Virus record (IMG/VR): IMGVR_UViG_3300023174_000104
Location: 1 to 64,000 of that record
Origin: a virus
DNA length: 64,000 nt
Reading direction: 5' to 3' (one strand)
Within the stretch, counting starts at the first letter, position 1, and each line of letters begins with the position of its first letter. Shown piece after piece: positions 49,219 through 59,682 of the stretch. Below the pieces are notes generated by a model. That model was not told the origin of the DNA and searched no databases. It saw only the letters and a program-made list of their open reading frames with translations. Made by a program: the position numbers and the translations under genes.

Positions 49219-52200
49219 ATGGCAAAGAAACCCTTCATTTCGGTTGATGGTATCACCGTAGGTGAAGCCAACGCACTAGTGAACGTTATTTTATCCAATG
49301 GTGATATTACCACAAGTAATATTACTATTGGTAATAACGCTAACTTAGGCAATGTCGGTAATATTATTATTACCGGCGGTTCTTCCGGCTATGTATTAAG
49401 CACAAATGGATCAGGGAATCTTTCTTGGATAGCACAATCCGGTGGAGGTAGCACCAGCAATATTAGTAATGGCAATAGTAATGTAAATATTGCTACAGAA
49501 AATGGCAACATCACCATGAGTGCTGTTGGCAATGCTAATATCGTAGTAGTTACCGGTACTGGAGCAAATATTACAGGAACATTAAATGTAACCGGTAATG
49601 CTACTGTTGGTAACATTATTACAGGTGCTGGATCAGGTGGTAATATCACCGGTGCAAATGTAATCTCTGCTAATACAGTTACAGCTAGCGGTAATATTAC
49701 TGCTGGTAATGCTAATTTAGGCAATGCAGTAACAGCTAATTTCTTTATTGGTAGTGGTGCTAATTTAACAAGTATAGCCGGAGCCAATGTTTCTGGTCAA
49801 GTAGGTAATGCATTAGTAGCAAGTACTGTATATACAAATGCACAACCTAATATTACTTCAGTTGGTACATTAACTAGTTTAAGTGTTTCTGGTACAGGAT
49901 CATTTGGTGCTAATGTTAATTTAAACAGTTTTAATATAACAAATCTTGCAACTCCAGTAGCAAGCACAGATGCCGCAACAAAACAATATGTTGATGATGT
50001 TGCTCAAGGCTTGAACGTACATGATAGTGTACAAGCCGCAACGCCAACAACACTAGCATCTATTACCGGTGGAACAATAACATATAATAACGGCTCTAGT
50101 GGAGTAGGTGCAAATCTAACTACTACTGGATCATTTAATTTAATAGATGGTGTAAATGTACAAACATCAGGTACACGTATTCTAGTCAAGAACGAAGCAA
50201 ACGCAGTATTCAATGGTATATATACTTGGAGTAACGCAACGGTAATTACACGTGCGGTTGACTATAATACTGTACCTGAAGTAGAAGCAGGTGATTTTGT
50301 ATTCTGCACAGGTGGCACACTATATGATAATACCGGTTGGGTACAAACAAGTACTGTTACTGCAATTGGTACTACTGGTAATAACATTGAATTCACTCAG
50401 TTTTCAGGAGCTGGTACATATCAAGCTGGTACGGGTTTAACATTAACAGGTAGTACCTTTAGTGTAAATGCTAGTCAAACTCAAGTTACTAGTGTAGGTA
50501 CATTGGGTAATTTAACTGTTAGCGGTAATGCAACAGTCGGTAATTTAGTTACTAGTGGTAGTGGTGGTACATTATCTAACATCAATGTTGTTTCAGCTAA
50601 TACATTTACTGCAAGTGGAAATATTACTGCTGGTAATGCTAATTTAGGTAACTCAGTAACAGCTAACTTTTTTACTGGTAATCTTTACGGAACAGCAAAT
50701 TTAGCAACATTTGCAACCACTGCAAATGCGGTAGCAGGATCTAATGTATCCGGTCAAGTAGGTAATGCATTAGTAGCGGGGACAGTTTATACTGCGGCAC
50801 AACCAAATATAACAAGTGTTGGTACATTAACTGGTTTAACAAGCACAGGTACAGTTAACTTAACTGGTGCAAGTAATGTTAGTTTAGGACCAGTTGGTAA
50901 TGTAAAAATCACAGGTGGTAGTAATGGACAGTACTTACAGACAGATGGAACCGGAACACTAAACTGGGTAAGTATTAGCTCAAGTGCTACATTAGCAAAT
51001 GGCAATAGTAATGTAAATATACCAGCCGCAAATGGCAATATCAACTTAACAGCAGTTGGTAATACAGTTATGGTAGTTACTGGTACTGGTGTTAATGTGG
51101 CCGGTACATTAAATATATCTGGCAATACAACAGTAAGTAATCTAATATCATCAGGTACCGGAGGTAATATTAGTAATGCTAATGTTATCTCAGCAAATAC
51201 ATTTATTGCTAGTGGTAATATCACTGCAACTAATATCAATACAACCGGTAGTGGTGGTAATATTGGTAATGCAAATGTTATCAGTGCAAATACGTTTATT
51301 GCGAGTGGTAATATCACAGCCGGTAATGCAAACTTAGGTAATGCAACTACTGCTAATTATTTCATTGGTAACTTTTATGGTACAGCCAACTCAGCTACAA
51401 CAGCGGGTACTGTAACAACAGCCGCACAACCAAATATTACTTCAGTTGGAACATTAAGTAGTTTATCAGTTACTGGTAACATCAGTTCAGGTAATGCTAA
51501 TTTAGGTAACTTAGTAACAGCTAACTTCTTTAGTGGTAATGGTAGTCTATTAACTGGTATTACAGTAAGTGCCGGTAATTCAATTGTAAATGGTAATAGC
51601 AATGTAAGTATTCCAGTCGCAAATGGAAATGTTAATATTAGTGCTGTAGGAAATGCAAACGTTTTAGTTATTACAGGCACTGGGGCAAACATTACAGGTA
51701 CAGCTAACATCAGCGGTAACTTAAGTGTAGGGAACATAGTAACTAGTGGCAGTGGTGGTAATATTACCGGTGGTAATGTTATTTCCGCTAATACATTTAT
51801 AGCTAGCGGTAATATAACAGCTAGTAATGCTAATTTAGGTAATGCGGTAACAGCTAACTATTTTATTGGTAACTTATATGGCACAGCTAATTTAGCTACA
51901 TTTGCAACTACTGCTAATAGTGTAGCAGGTGGTAATGTTTCTGGTCAAGTGGGTAATGCATTAGTAGCAAGTACTGTATATACAAATGCACAGCCAAACA
52001 TAACAAGTGTTGGTACATTAACTAGTTTAAGTGTATCCGGTACAGGATTATTTGGTGCTAATGTTAATTTAAATAGTTTTAACATCACTAATTTAGCTAC
52101 ACCGGTTGCAAGCACAGATGCCGCAACAAAACAATATGTTGATGACGTTGCTCAAGGACTAAACATACATGATGCAGTAGCAGCCGCGACACCAACAACA

Positions 52201-54450
52201 CTAGCATCTATTACCGGTGGAACAATAACATATAATAACGGCTCTAGTGGAGTAGGTGCAAACTTGACAACTACTGGCACTTTTAACTTAATAGACGGTG
52301 TAAATGTACAAACATCAGGTACACGTATTTTAGTTAAGAACGAGGCAAATGCAGTATTTAATGGTATATATACTTGGAGTAACGCAACCGTTATTACACG
52401 TGCAACTGATTATAATACTGTACCTGAAGTAGAAGCAGGTGATTTTGTATTCTGCACAGGTGGTACACTATATGATAATACCGGTTGGGTACAAACCAGT
52501 ACTGTTACGGCAATTGGTACTGCTGGTAATAACATTGAATTCACCCAGTTTAGTGGTGCAGGTACATATACAGCAGGTACTGGTTTAACATTAACTGGCA
52601 GTGTATTCAGTATTTCTAATACAACTGTAACAGCCGGCAGTTATGGCAATGGCGATAGAGTTGCAACGTTTACGGTTAATAGTCAAGGTCAATTAACAGC
52701 AGCAGCTAATACAGCAATAACAGCTAATGCCGCTAACTTAACAGGAACAACTCTTGCTACTGGTATTGTTACTAGTTCATTAACCAGTGTTGGTAATTTA
52801 ATTGGATTAACAGTAAGTAATTCTTCTAGTACAGTTAACTTCTCAAATACAGCTAACGTTACTTTGGGTACTGTATCTAACTTACATATTAGTGGTGGTA
52901 CAAACGCATATGTATTAAGTACTGATGGTGCAGGTAATTTAAGTTGGGTAGCTCAAACAGCCGGTGGCGGATCTAATATCAGTAATGGCAATAGTAATGT
53001 AAGTATTGCTACTGCAAATGGCAATATAACATTCAGTGCAGTTGGTAATGCTAATGTAATGACTATTACCGGTACTGGTGCAAACATTACTGGATATACT
53101 ACTATTACAGGTAATCTATCCGCTGGTAATATCACTACAGGTGCTGGCACAGGTGGTAACATCAGTGGTGCTAATGTAATATCTGCTAATATAGTAAATG
53201 CTACACTTAGTGCTAACTTAGGTAACAGTGTTACTGCTAATTACTTTATTGGTAACTTTTATGGTACTGCTAATAGTGCTACAACAGCAGGTACAGTAAC
53301 AACTGCGGCTCAACCAAATATCACTTCAGTTGGTACATTGACTAGTTTAGCAGTAACAGGTAATGCTTCGGCAGGTAACCTGAATACAGCAGGTGCAGTT
53401 GTAGCAAGCACCTTAACTTCAAATGTAGCTACTGGTACTGCTCCAATAACAGTAACTTCAACTACACGTGTTAGTAACTTAAACGTTGCTTATGCTAACG
53501 TGGCTGACAATATTAATGTATCAGCCGGAACAGGAAATAACTTCCTTATCTTTGCAAATGCGGCAACAGGCAATATAGCAGAATTAACAAGCACAGGCCT
53601 CACTGCTAACTTGTCAAATAACTCTATTACTGCAACAACATTCGTTGGCACATTAAGTGGTGCCGCAACAAGCGCAACAACAGCAGGTACAGTAACAACT
53701 AATGCACAACCAAATATCACAAGTGTTGGTACATTAACCGGACTAACAAGTACAGGTACTATTAACTTAACTAGTGCAAGCAATGTATCACTCGGACCAG
53801 TTGGTAACGTAAAAATTACTGGCGGTAGTAATGGTCAATATCTACAAACAGACGGATCAGGTACATTGACTTGGGCTACTGTAAGTTCTGGTTCTACTAG
53901 TAATATCAGTAATGGCAATAGTAATGTAAATATTGCATCAGCTAATGGTAACATTACAATGAGTGCAGTAGGTAATGCTAATATTGTTACCGTAACAGGA
54001 ACTGGCATTAACGTAGCAGGTACATTAAATACAACAGGAAATGTAACATTAAGTGGATCAAATGTTAGTTTGGGTGCAGTAGGTAATGTAAAAATCACGG
54101 GTGGTTCAAACACATATGTATTAAGTACAGATGGTGCAGGTAACTTAAGTTGGGTAGCACCACCAGCCGGTGCAAATGTAACAGTAGATAACTTTACAGG
54201 TAATGGTGTACAGACAGTATTTACTTTAAGTACCACGCCTACAGGCATAAATCAAACTAGTGTTAACTATAATGGAGCTACCGTATTACGTACAGATTAC
54301 ACACTAGCTAACGCTAACATTACATTTAGTAGTGCTCCTGCAAATGGCAGTTATATAGAAGTAACAACAATCAATTTAACCACTAGTGGTGGAGGTGGTG
54401 GAGCATCATCGGCTGCCGCAGTAGGCTATTCATTAATATTCGGAGGATAA
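49219..54450 (+). CDS. Long tail fibre protein with an internally duplicated module
   Basis: 1743 aa with two near-identical DAATKQYVDDVAQGLN...FTQFSGAGTY modules. Confidence 0.7.
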   Translation: MAKKPFISVDGITVGEANALVNVILSNGDITTSNITIGNNANLGNVGNIIITGGSSGYVLSTNGSGNLSWIAQSGGGSTSNISNGNSNVNIATENGNITMSAVGNANIVVVTGTGANITGTLNVTGNATVGNIITGAGSGGNITGANVISANTVTASGNITAGNANLGNAVTANFFIGSGANLTSIAGANVSGQVGNALVASTVYTNAQPNITSVGTLTSLSVSGTGSFGANVNLNSFNITNLATPVASTDAATKQYVDDVAQGLNVHDSVQAATPTTLASITGGTITYNNGSSGVGANLTTTGSFNLIDGVNVQTSGTRILVKNEANAVFNGIYTWSNATVITRAVDYNTVPEVEAGDFVFCTGGTLYDNTGWVQTSTVTAIGTTGNNIEFTQFSGAGTYQAGTGLTLTGSTFSVNASQTQVTSVGTLGNLTVSGNATVGNLVTSGSGGTLSNINVVSANTFTASGNITAGNANLGNSVTANFFTGNLYGTANLATFATTANAVAGSNVSGQVGNALVAGTVYTAAQPNITSVGTLTGLTSTGTVNLTGASNVSLGPVGNVKITGGSNGQYLQTDGTGTLNWVSISSSATLANGNSNVNIPAANGNINLTAVGNTVMVVTGTGVNVAGTLNISGNTTVSNLISSGTGGNISNANVISANTFIASGNITATNINTTGSGGNIGNANVISANTFIASGNITAGNANLGNATTANYFIGNFYGTANSATTAGTVTTAAQPNITSVGTLSSLSVTGNISSGNANLGNLVTANFFSGNGSLLTGITVSAGNSIVNGNSNVSIPVANGNVNISAVGNANVLVITGTGANITGTANISGNLSVGNIVTSGSGGNITGGNVISANTFIASGNITASNANLGNAVTANYFIGNLYGTANLATFATTANSVAGGNVSGQVGNALVASTVYTNAQPNITSVGTLTSLSVSGTGLFGANVNLNSFNITNLATPVASTDAATKQYVDDVAQGLNIHDAVAAATPTTLASITGGTITYNNGSSGVGANLTTTGTFNLIDGVNVQTSGTRILVKNEANAVFNGIYTWSNATVITRATDYNTVPEVEAGDFVFCTGGTLYDNTGWVQTSTVTAIGTAGNNIEFTQFSGAGTYTAGTGLTLTGSVFSISNTTVTAGSYGNGDRVATFTVNSQGQLTAAANTAITANAANLTGTTLATGIVTSSLTSVGNLIGLTVSNSSSTVNFSNTANVTLGTVSNLHISGGTNAYVLSTDGAGNLSWVAQTAGGGSNISNGNSNVSIATANGNITFSAVGNANVMTITGTGANITGYTTITGNLSAGNITTGAGTGGNISGANVISANIVNATLSANLGNSVTANYFIGNFYGTANSATTAGTVTTAAQPNITSVGTLTSLAVTGNASAGNLNTAGAVVASTLTSNVATGTAPITVTSTTRVSNLNVAYANVADNINVSAGTGNNFLIFANAATGNIAELTSTGLTANLSNNSITATTFVGTLSGAATSATTAGTVTTNAQPNITSVGTLTGLTSTGTINLTSASNVSLGPVGNVKITGGSNGQYLQTDGSGTLTWATVSSGSTSNISNGNSNVNIASANGNITMSAVGNANIVTVTGTGINVAGTLNTTGNVTLSGSNVSLGAVGNVKITGGSNTYVLSTDGAGNLSWVAPPAGANVTVDNFTGNGVQTVFTLSTTPTGINQTSVNYNGATVLRTDYTLANANITFSSAPANGSYIEVTTINLTTSGGGGGASSAAAVGYSLIFGG

Positions 54451-54451
54451 C

Positions 54452-54823
54452 ATGGCAGCACCAAACATAATCAGTGCAACAACAATCAATGGTAAAACAA
54501 CGGGTGCGAACCTAACAACTACAAGTGCAACTACAGTATTAAACAATGCTGTTGGTAGTGGTAAGTGTTTAAAAGTAAATACACTCAATGTAGCTAATTA
54601 CGGTGCTAGTACAGCTAATGTGACCGTTGCTTGGTATAATGCAGCCAACGTTGGTGGTACAGCATTTGCGATTGCAGGTAACGTTACAGTTCCTTCTGGC
54701 GGCACAGTAACAGTTATACAAAAGAACACGCAATACTATTTGGAAGAAAATAATAGTTTGGGAGCAACTGCAGGTACTGCAAATACTCTTATTGTCACTT
54801 GTAGCTATGAGGATATAAGTTAA
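54452..54823 (+). CDS. Small virion/fibre accessory protein
   Basis: 123-aa beta-rich ORF (MAAPNII) with GGAGG SD, closely coupled within the fibre operon. Confidence 0.55.
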   Translation: MAAPNIISATTINGKTTGANLTTTSATTVLNNAVGSGKCLKVNTLNVANYGASTANVTVAWYNAANVGGTAFAIAGNVTVPSGGTVTVIQKNTQYYLEENNSLGATAGTANTLIVTCSYEDIS

Positions 54824-54824
54824 A

Positions 54825-55718
54825 ATGGCTCAATTTCCATCTTCTACTAGTGCTAGTGGCCTATGGTCATTAACAGATGTACGTAATAATTTAATGGGAT
54901 CAAACTGGCCATTAATGACTGTTTCATTAGTTGAATATTTAGTAGTAGCCGGCGGCGGCGGCGGAGCCGGTGGCGGCGGCGGAGCCGGTGGATATAGAAC
55001 GGCAACTGGTTTTTCAGTATCCCCGGGCGTAGCATTAACTGTTACAGTAGGTGCAGGTGGAAGTGCTGGAGTAAACACTACAGGTAACGGAACTTCGGGA
55101 AATGATTCAGCATTCAGTTCTATTACGTCCACCGGTGGAGGATATGGTGCAGGTGGTACATCCGGCACTAATCCACAAGGTGGTACAGGCGGTAGCGGCG
55201 GCGGTTCTTGGACTTATGCAGCCGCACTAAAAGCCGGAGGCGCCGGTAATACCCCATCAACCAGCCCGGCTCAGGGATATAATGGTGGGGCAACATATGC
55301 TACTAGCCCGGGAGCTAACGCCGGCGGAGGTGGTGGTTCATCTAGTCTTGGTTTGGGTCCTAATGGCAATGCAGGATCCGGTGGAGATTCAGGTAGTGGC
55401 AATTACGGTGGTGTCGGTGGTTCGGGTACCACTTCAACTATTTCAGGTTCTTCAGTAACATATGCCGCGGGTGGCGGAGGTTATGTATTACTTACTAATG
55501 CCGCCGGCGCCGCAAATACAGGTACCGGTGGAGGTGGTTCATCTAGTTCTGGTGGCGGCGCCGGCTTATCAGGGTACGCCGGCGGGTCTGGTGTCGTCAT
55601 TGTACGTTATGCAGATAATTATCCAGCCGCAACATCTACCACTGGTTCACCAACAATAACAGTTGCCGGTGGGTACAGGGTATATAAATGGACTACTAGT
55701 GGGTCAATAACATTTTAA
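54825..55718 (+). CDS. Glycine-rich fibre tip/adhesin protein
   Basis: EYLVVAGGGGG...GGGGAGGY, ANTGTGGGG, GGSGVVIVRY polyglycine motifs. Confidence 0.65.
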   Translation: MAQFPSSTSASGLWSLTDVRNNLMGSNWPLMTVSLVEYLVVAGGGGGAGGGGGAGGYRTATGFSVSPGVALTVTVGAGGSAGVNTTGNGTSGNDSAFSSITSTGGGYGAGGTSGTNPQGGTGGSGGGSWTYAAALKAGGAGNTPSTSPAQGYNGGATYATSPGANAGGGGGSSSLGLGPNGNAGSGGDSGSGNYGGVGGSGTTSTISGSSVTYAAGGGGYVLLTNAAGAANTGTGGGGSSSSGGGAGLSGYAGGSGVVIVRYADNYPAATSTTGSPTITVAGGYRVYKWTTSGSITF

Positions 55719-55730
55719 ATAGGAAATTAA

Positions 55731-56087
55731 ATGAGTCATTTTGCAAAAATAGATGAAAACAACACAGTAACACAAGTTATTGTAATAGAACAAGATGTAG
55801 TAGATACAGGTCTATTTGGAGAGCCAAGCTCTTGGATTCAAACAAGTTATAACACCAGTGGCGGCGTACACAAATTAGGCGGTACACCATTACGTAAAAA
55901 TTATGCTGGTATAGGATATACATATGATGTAACAAGAGATGCATTTATACCACCTAAACCATTCAATTCATGGACATTAAATGAAGATACATGCTTGTAT
56001 GAAGCCCCTACAATAATGCCAGATGATGGTAAAATCTATAATTGGGATGAAGAAACAACAAGTTGGGTTGAAGTAGTACAACCGTAA
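55731..56087 (+). CDS. Conserved small phage protein (possible fibre assembly helper)
   Basis: MSHFAKIDENN...WIQTSYN...LRKNYAGIGYTYD...DAFIPPKPFNSW...WDE; AGGA SD. Confidence 0.55.
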   Translation: MSHFAKIDENNTVTQVIVIEQDVVDTGLFGEPSSWIQTSYNTSGGVHKLGGTPLRKNYAGIGYTYDVTRDAFIPPKPFNSWTLNEDTCLYEAPTIMPDDGKIYNWDEETTSWVEVVQP

Positions 56088-56153
56088 AGATTAAATTGGA
56101 TTAAATATATAGATGGGCTACACAAGTAGACCAATATAAAAAGAGAAATATAC

Positions 56154-58487
56154 ATGGCAATTACAAAGTTACAACCGTTCAATTTAGACACAACCGCGAA
56201 CTATACCTTTGCCAATGTAACCGCAAGTAATGTTAATGGTGCTAATTTAGTTAGCGCAAACTATGTTACTGGCACACTAACAACTGCCGCACAGCCAAAT
56301 ATAACAAGTACAGGAACATTGGTTAATCTAACTGTTTCTGGTAATACTTCTTTCACTGGCGCTAATGTGTCATTAGGTGCAGTTGGTAATCTAAAAATTA
56401 CCGGAGGTACTGCTAACTATGTACTACAAACAGATGGTGCAGGTAACTTATCTTGGGTCGCTGTAAGCTCTGGATCTACTAGTAACATTAGTAATGGTAA
56501 TAGTAACGTTAATATCCCATCAAGTAATGGCAACATCAACTTAACCGCTGTTGGTAATACTACAATGGTTGTTACTGGTACAGGCGTTAACGTAGCCGGT
56601 ACATTAAACGTTACGGGAAATGCTACAGTTGGTAATTTAGTTACTTCGGGCTCTGGTGGCACATTATCTAATATCAATGTTATCTCAGCTAATACATTCA
56701 CTGCGTCAGGTAATATTACTGCTGGTAATGCAAACCTCGGTAATGCAGTAAGAGCTAATTTCTTTATTGGTAGTGGTGCTAACTTAACAAGCTTACCCGG
56801 TAGTAATGTTTCTGGACAAGTAGGTAATGCATTAGTAGCGGGAACAGTTTATACTGCGGCACAACCAAATATTACAAGTGTTGGTACACTAACTGGTTTA
56901 ACAAGTACAGGTACAGCTAATTTAATTGGTGCAAGCAATGTATCACTCGGACCAGTTGGTAATGTAAAAATTACAGGTGGTAGTAACGGTCAATACTTGC
57001 AAACAGACGGATCCGGAACACTAACTTGGTCTACCGTAAGTTCTGGATCAACAAGTAATATAAGTAATGGTAATAGTAATGTAAGTATTGCATCAGCTAA
57101 TGGCAATATTACTATGAGTAGTGCAGGCAATGCAAATATAGTAGTAGTAACAGGCACTGGTGTTAACGTAGCCGGTACATTAAACGTTACGGGAAATGCC
57201 ACTGTCGGTAATATTGTAACTTCTGGCTCAGGTGGTAATGTATCTAATGTTAATGTAATCAGTGCTAACACATTTATTGCAAGTGGTAATATCTCAGCAA
57301 ATAATATCAATACCACTGGTTCAGGTGGCAATATTGGTAATGCAAATGTTATTTCTGCTAATACATTCATTGCAAGTGGTAATATCACAGCCGGTAATGC
57401 TAATTTAGGTAATCTAGTTACCGCTAATTTCTTTACAGGTAATGGTAGTCTATTAACTGGTATTTCAACGTCTAGCATATCAAACGGTAATAGTAATATT
57501 TCTATTCCAACAGCTAATGGTAATATTAACATCTCGGCAGGTGGAACACCAAATGAATTAGTAATTACTAGTACCGGTATTAATGTAGCCGGTACATTAA
57601 ATGCTACAGGTAATGCTAATGTAGGTAATTTAGGTGCAACTGGAGTCATAGCAACTACATTAACCGGTTCGTTAACAACAGCCGCACAACCAAATATAAC
57701 TTCAGTTGGTACATTAACTAGTTTAACAGTTACTGGTAATATAACATCCGGCAATGCTAATTTAGGTAACTTAGTAACAGCTAACTTCTTTAGTGGTAAT
57801 GGTAGTCTATTAACTGGTATTACAGTAAGCGCAGGTAATACTATTGTAAACGGAAATAGTAACGTAACTGTAACTGCAAACGGAAATGTCAATACAAGTG
57901 TATCCGGTAACGCAAACATTTTAGTAGTAACAGGTACAGGTGCAAATATTACTGGTACATTAAATGTATCTGGCAATACAACAGTCAGTAATTTAATATC
58001 ATCAGGTACCGGAGGTAATATTAGTAATGCTAATGTTATAAGTGCAAATACATTTACTGCAAGTGGTAATATCACAGCTGGTAATCTGATAACTAGTGGT
58101 AGTGGTGGTAATATTACCGGCGGCAATGTTATTTCCGCTAATACATTAATTGCATCTAATGTTAATCTTACCGCATATAAAGAAACTGTAGTTGCAGGTG
58201 GTAATACAGGTGCAGCTACATTAACTCCAAACGTAGCTACCGGAACTATATTTAACTACACTTTGACTGGCAATATTACTATTAATGCATTGGGTAACGC
58301 CGTGGCTGGATCTAGTGCAGTATTGATATTAACACAAGACGGTACAGGTAACAGACTATTATCTAGTACGATGAAATTTGCTAGTGCATCAAAAACATTG
58401 TCAACTGCGGCATCTAGTGTTGATATTATATCAGTTTTTTATGATGGTACCACATATTACGCAACATTGAGTAAAGGCTACGCATAA
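56154..58487 (+). CDS. Tail fibre protein built from the same repeat modules
   Basis: 777 aa with ISNGNSNV, AQPNITSVGTL and ANVISANTF modules. Confidence 0.65.
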   Translation: MAITKLQPFNLDTTANYTFANVTASNVNGANLVSANYVTGTLTTAAQPNITSTGTLVNLTVSGNTSFTGANVSLGAVGNLKITGGTANYVLQTDGAGNLSWVAVSSGSTSNISNGNSNVNIPSSNGNINLTAVGNTTMVVTGTGVNVAGTLNVTGNATVGNLVTSGSGGTLSNINVISANTFTASGNITAGNANLGNAVRANFFIGSGANLTSLPGSNVSGQVGNALVAGTVYTAAQPNITSVGTLTGLTSTGTANLIGASNVSLGPVGNVKITGGSNGQYLQTDGSGTLTWSTVSSGSTSNISNGNSNVSIASANGNITMSSAGNANIVVVTGTGVNVAGTLNVTGNATVGNIVTSGSGGNVSNVNVISANTFIASGNISANNINTTGSGGNIGNANVISANTFIASGNITAGNANLGNLVTANFFTGNGSLLTGISTSSISNGNSNISIPTANGNINISAGGTPNELVITSTGINVAGTLNATGNANVGNLGATGVIATTLTGSLTTAAQPNITSVGTLTSLTVTGNITSGNANLGNLVTANFFSGNGSLLTGITVSAGNTIVNGNSNVTVTANGNVNTSVSGNANILVVTGTGANITGTLNVSGNTTVSNLISSGTGGNISNANVISANTFTASGNITAGNLITSGSGGNITGGNVISANTLIASNVNLTAYKETVVAGGNTGAATLTPNVATGTIFNYTLTGNITINALGNAVAGSSAVLILTQDGTGNRLLSSTMKFASASKTLSTAASSVDIISVFYDGTTYYATLSKGYA

Positions 58488-59470
58488 TGTTTAGTGCGGC
58501 AGTTGGTGGGTTTACATTTGGTGTACCCTCTCCGGCCCCCTCGCCCGCCCCTACTGCAACTGCAGGATGGAATGCAGGTGGCGGTTCTTCAGGGCAGATT
58601 TCTACCATAGATAGAATAACATTTGCAACTGATACAGCAACAGCTACTGCTAGAGGACCACTAGCAACTAATCAAAGTAATGCAGGTGGAGTAGGTACAA
58701 CAACTGATGGATGGTTTGGAGGCGGATATTCCAATTCCCCGGCCCCTGGTACAAAAGTTTCAACCGTGCAACGTATTACATATGCCACCGATACTACTAC
58801 TGCTAGTACTAGAGGTTCTTTATCAATATCTAGCTTTGGTTTAGCATCATCAAGTGATAATACAACATATGGATGGTTTGGTGGAGGATATACCCCATCA
58901 GCTCCCTATTATCTTTCTATTGTAAATAGAATAACATATGCATCTGACACCAATACGTCAAGTGTACGCGGCCCTTTAAGTATTATAGTATATTTACAAG
59001 CAGCAACAGGTGATCAAAATTATGGATGGTTCACCGGCGGAACAACGACCGGCGGGCCTAGTTCTACAACTTATATAGATCGTATTACATATGCCACCGA
59101 TACTGCTACGGCCACAAATCGTGGAGCATTGTCATTAGCAACAAGAATGCATATGGCAGTAACTGACGGCACAACCTATGGATGGTTTGCAGGTGGTAGT
59201 CCAGGTATCAGTCTATCAACAGTACAGCGTATCACATTTGCAAATGATACTGCAACAGCAAGTAGTCGTGGTCCGTTAAACGCTACAAGATACTTAGCCT
59301 CAGGTACTTGTGACAATACATACGGATGGTTTGGTGGTGGATTTGTACCAGCTGGTACTTCTTCAACGACAACACGCATAACATATGCAACAGATACTGC
59401 TACATCAACAGATAGAGGTAACTTGTCTCAAGCTAGAACACGTGTAGCCGGCACCTCAGGTGTACAATAA
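58487..59470 (+). CDS. Six-repeat Kelch-like putative beta-propeller protein
   Basis: Repeats of GWFGGG...STVQRITYATDTATA..RG.L; ATG overlaps the upstream stop. Confidence 0.65.
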   Translation: MFSAAVGGFTFGVPSPAPSPAPTATAGWNAGGGSSGQISTIDRITFATDTATATARGPLATNQSNAGGVGTTTDGWFGGGYSNSPAPGTKVSTVQRITYATDTTTASTRGSLSISSFGLASSSDNTTYGWFGGGYTPSAPYYLSIVNRITYASDTNTSSVRGPLSIIVYLQAATGDQNYGWFTGGTTTGGPSSTTYIDRITYATDTATATNRGALSLATRMHMAVTDGTTYGWFAGGSPGISLSTVQRITFANDTATASSRGPLNATRYLASGTCDNTYGWFGGGFVPAGTSSTTTRITYATDTATSTDRGNLSQARTRVAGTSGVQ

Positions 59471-59481
59471 AAGGAATAATA

Positions 59482-59613
59482 ATGAGTATAACAATAACAG
59501 GTGGAATATCATTAGGTGAAGGTTTAGGAATAACTGCCTCATTGCTATATACTTCTATAACATATGGTCATAATGTTGGTTATAAGATTGAACAAGAAAC
59601 TTTTAACAAATAA
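59482..59613 (+). pseudogene. 43-aa ORF, likely a truncated remnant of a propeller/fibre-accessory gene
   Basis: AAGGA SD; MSITITGGISLGEGLGIT resembles the N-terminal leader of 33775 (MNLSGLTLTGGFSY), then the ORF ends early. Confidence 0.4.
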
Positions 59614-59682
59614 GTGCTACTAACATTCATAAAGCACTAGGTTTATAAACCAATCTTTTCAATTTAGATAAGTAGTTATCTA

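Noticed and set aside
36108-58126. Many minus-strand ORFs (up to 378 aa) opposite the fibre genes
   Set aside because: They are antisense shadows of repetitive Gly/Asn/Thr codons, giving Leu/Pro/Val-rich nonsense, with no SD or promoter.
35839-58487. Very dense N-x-S/T sequons as evidence of fibre glycosylation
   Set aside because: Explained by Asn/Thr-rich beta-repeat composition; no glycosylation genes in the window.
33775-59470. Diversity-generating retroelement acting on the repeat proteins
   Set aside because: No reverse transcriptase in the window, and no repeat pair differing only at adenines was seen.
59613-59651. Inverted repeats (agtgct/agcact, ggtttataaacc) as an NrdR box or operator
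   Set aside because: No match to the NrdR-box consensus, and short palindromes are expected by chance in AT-rich DNA.
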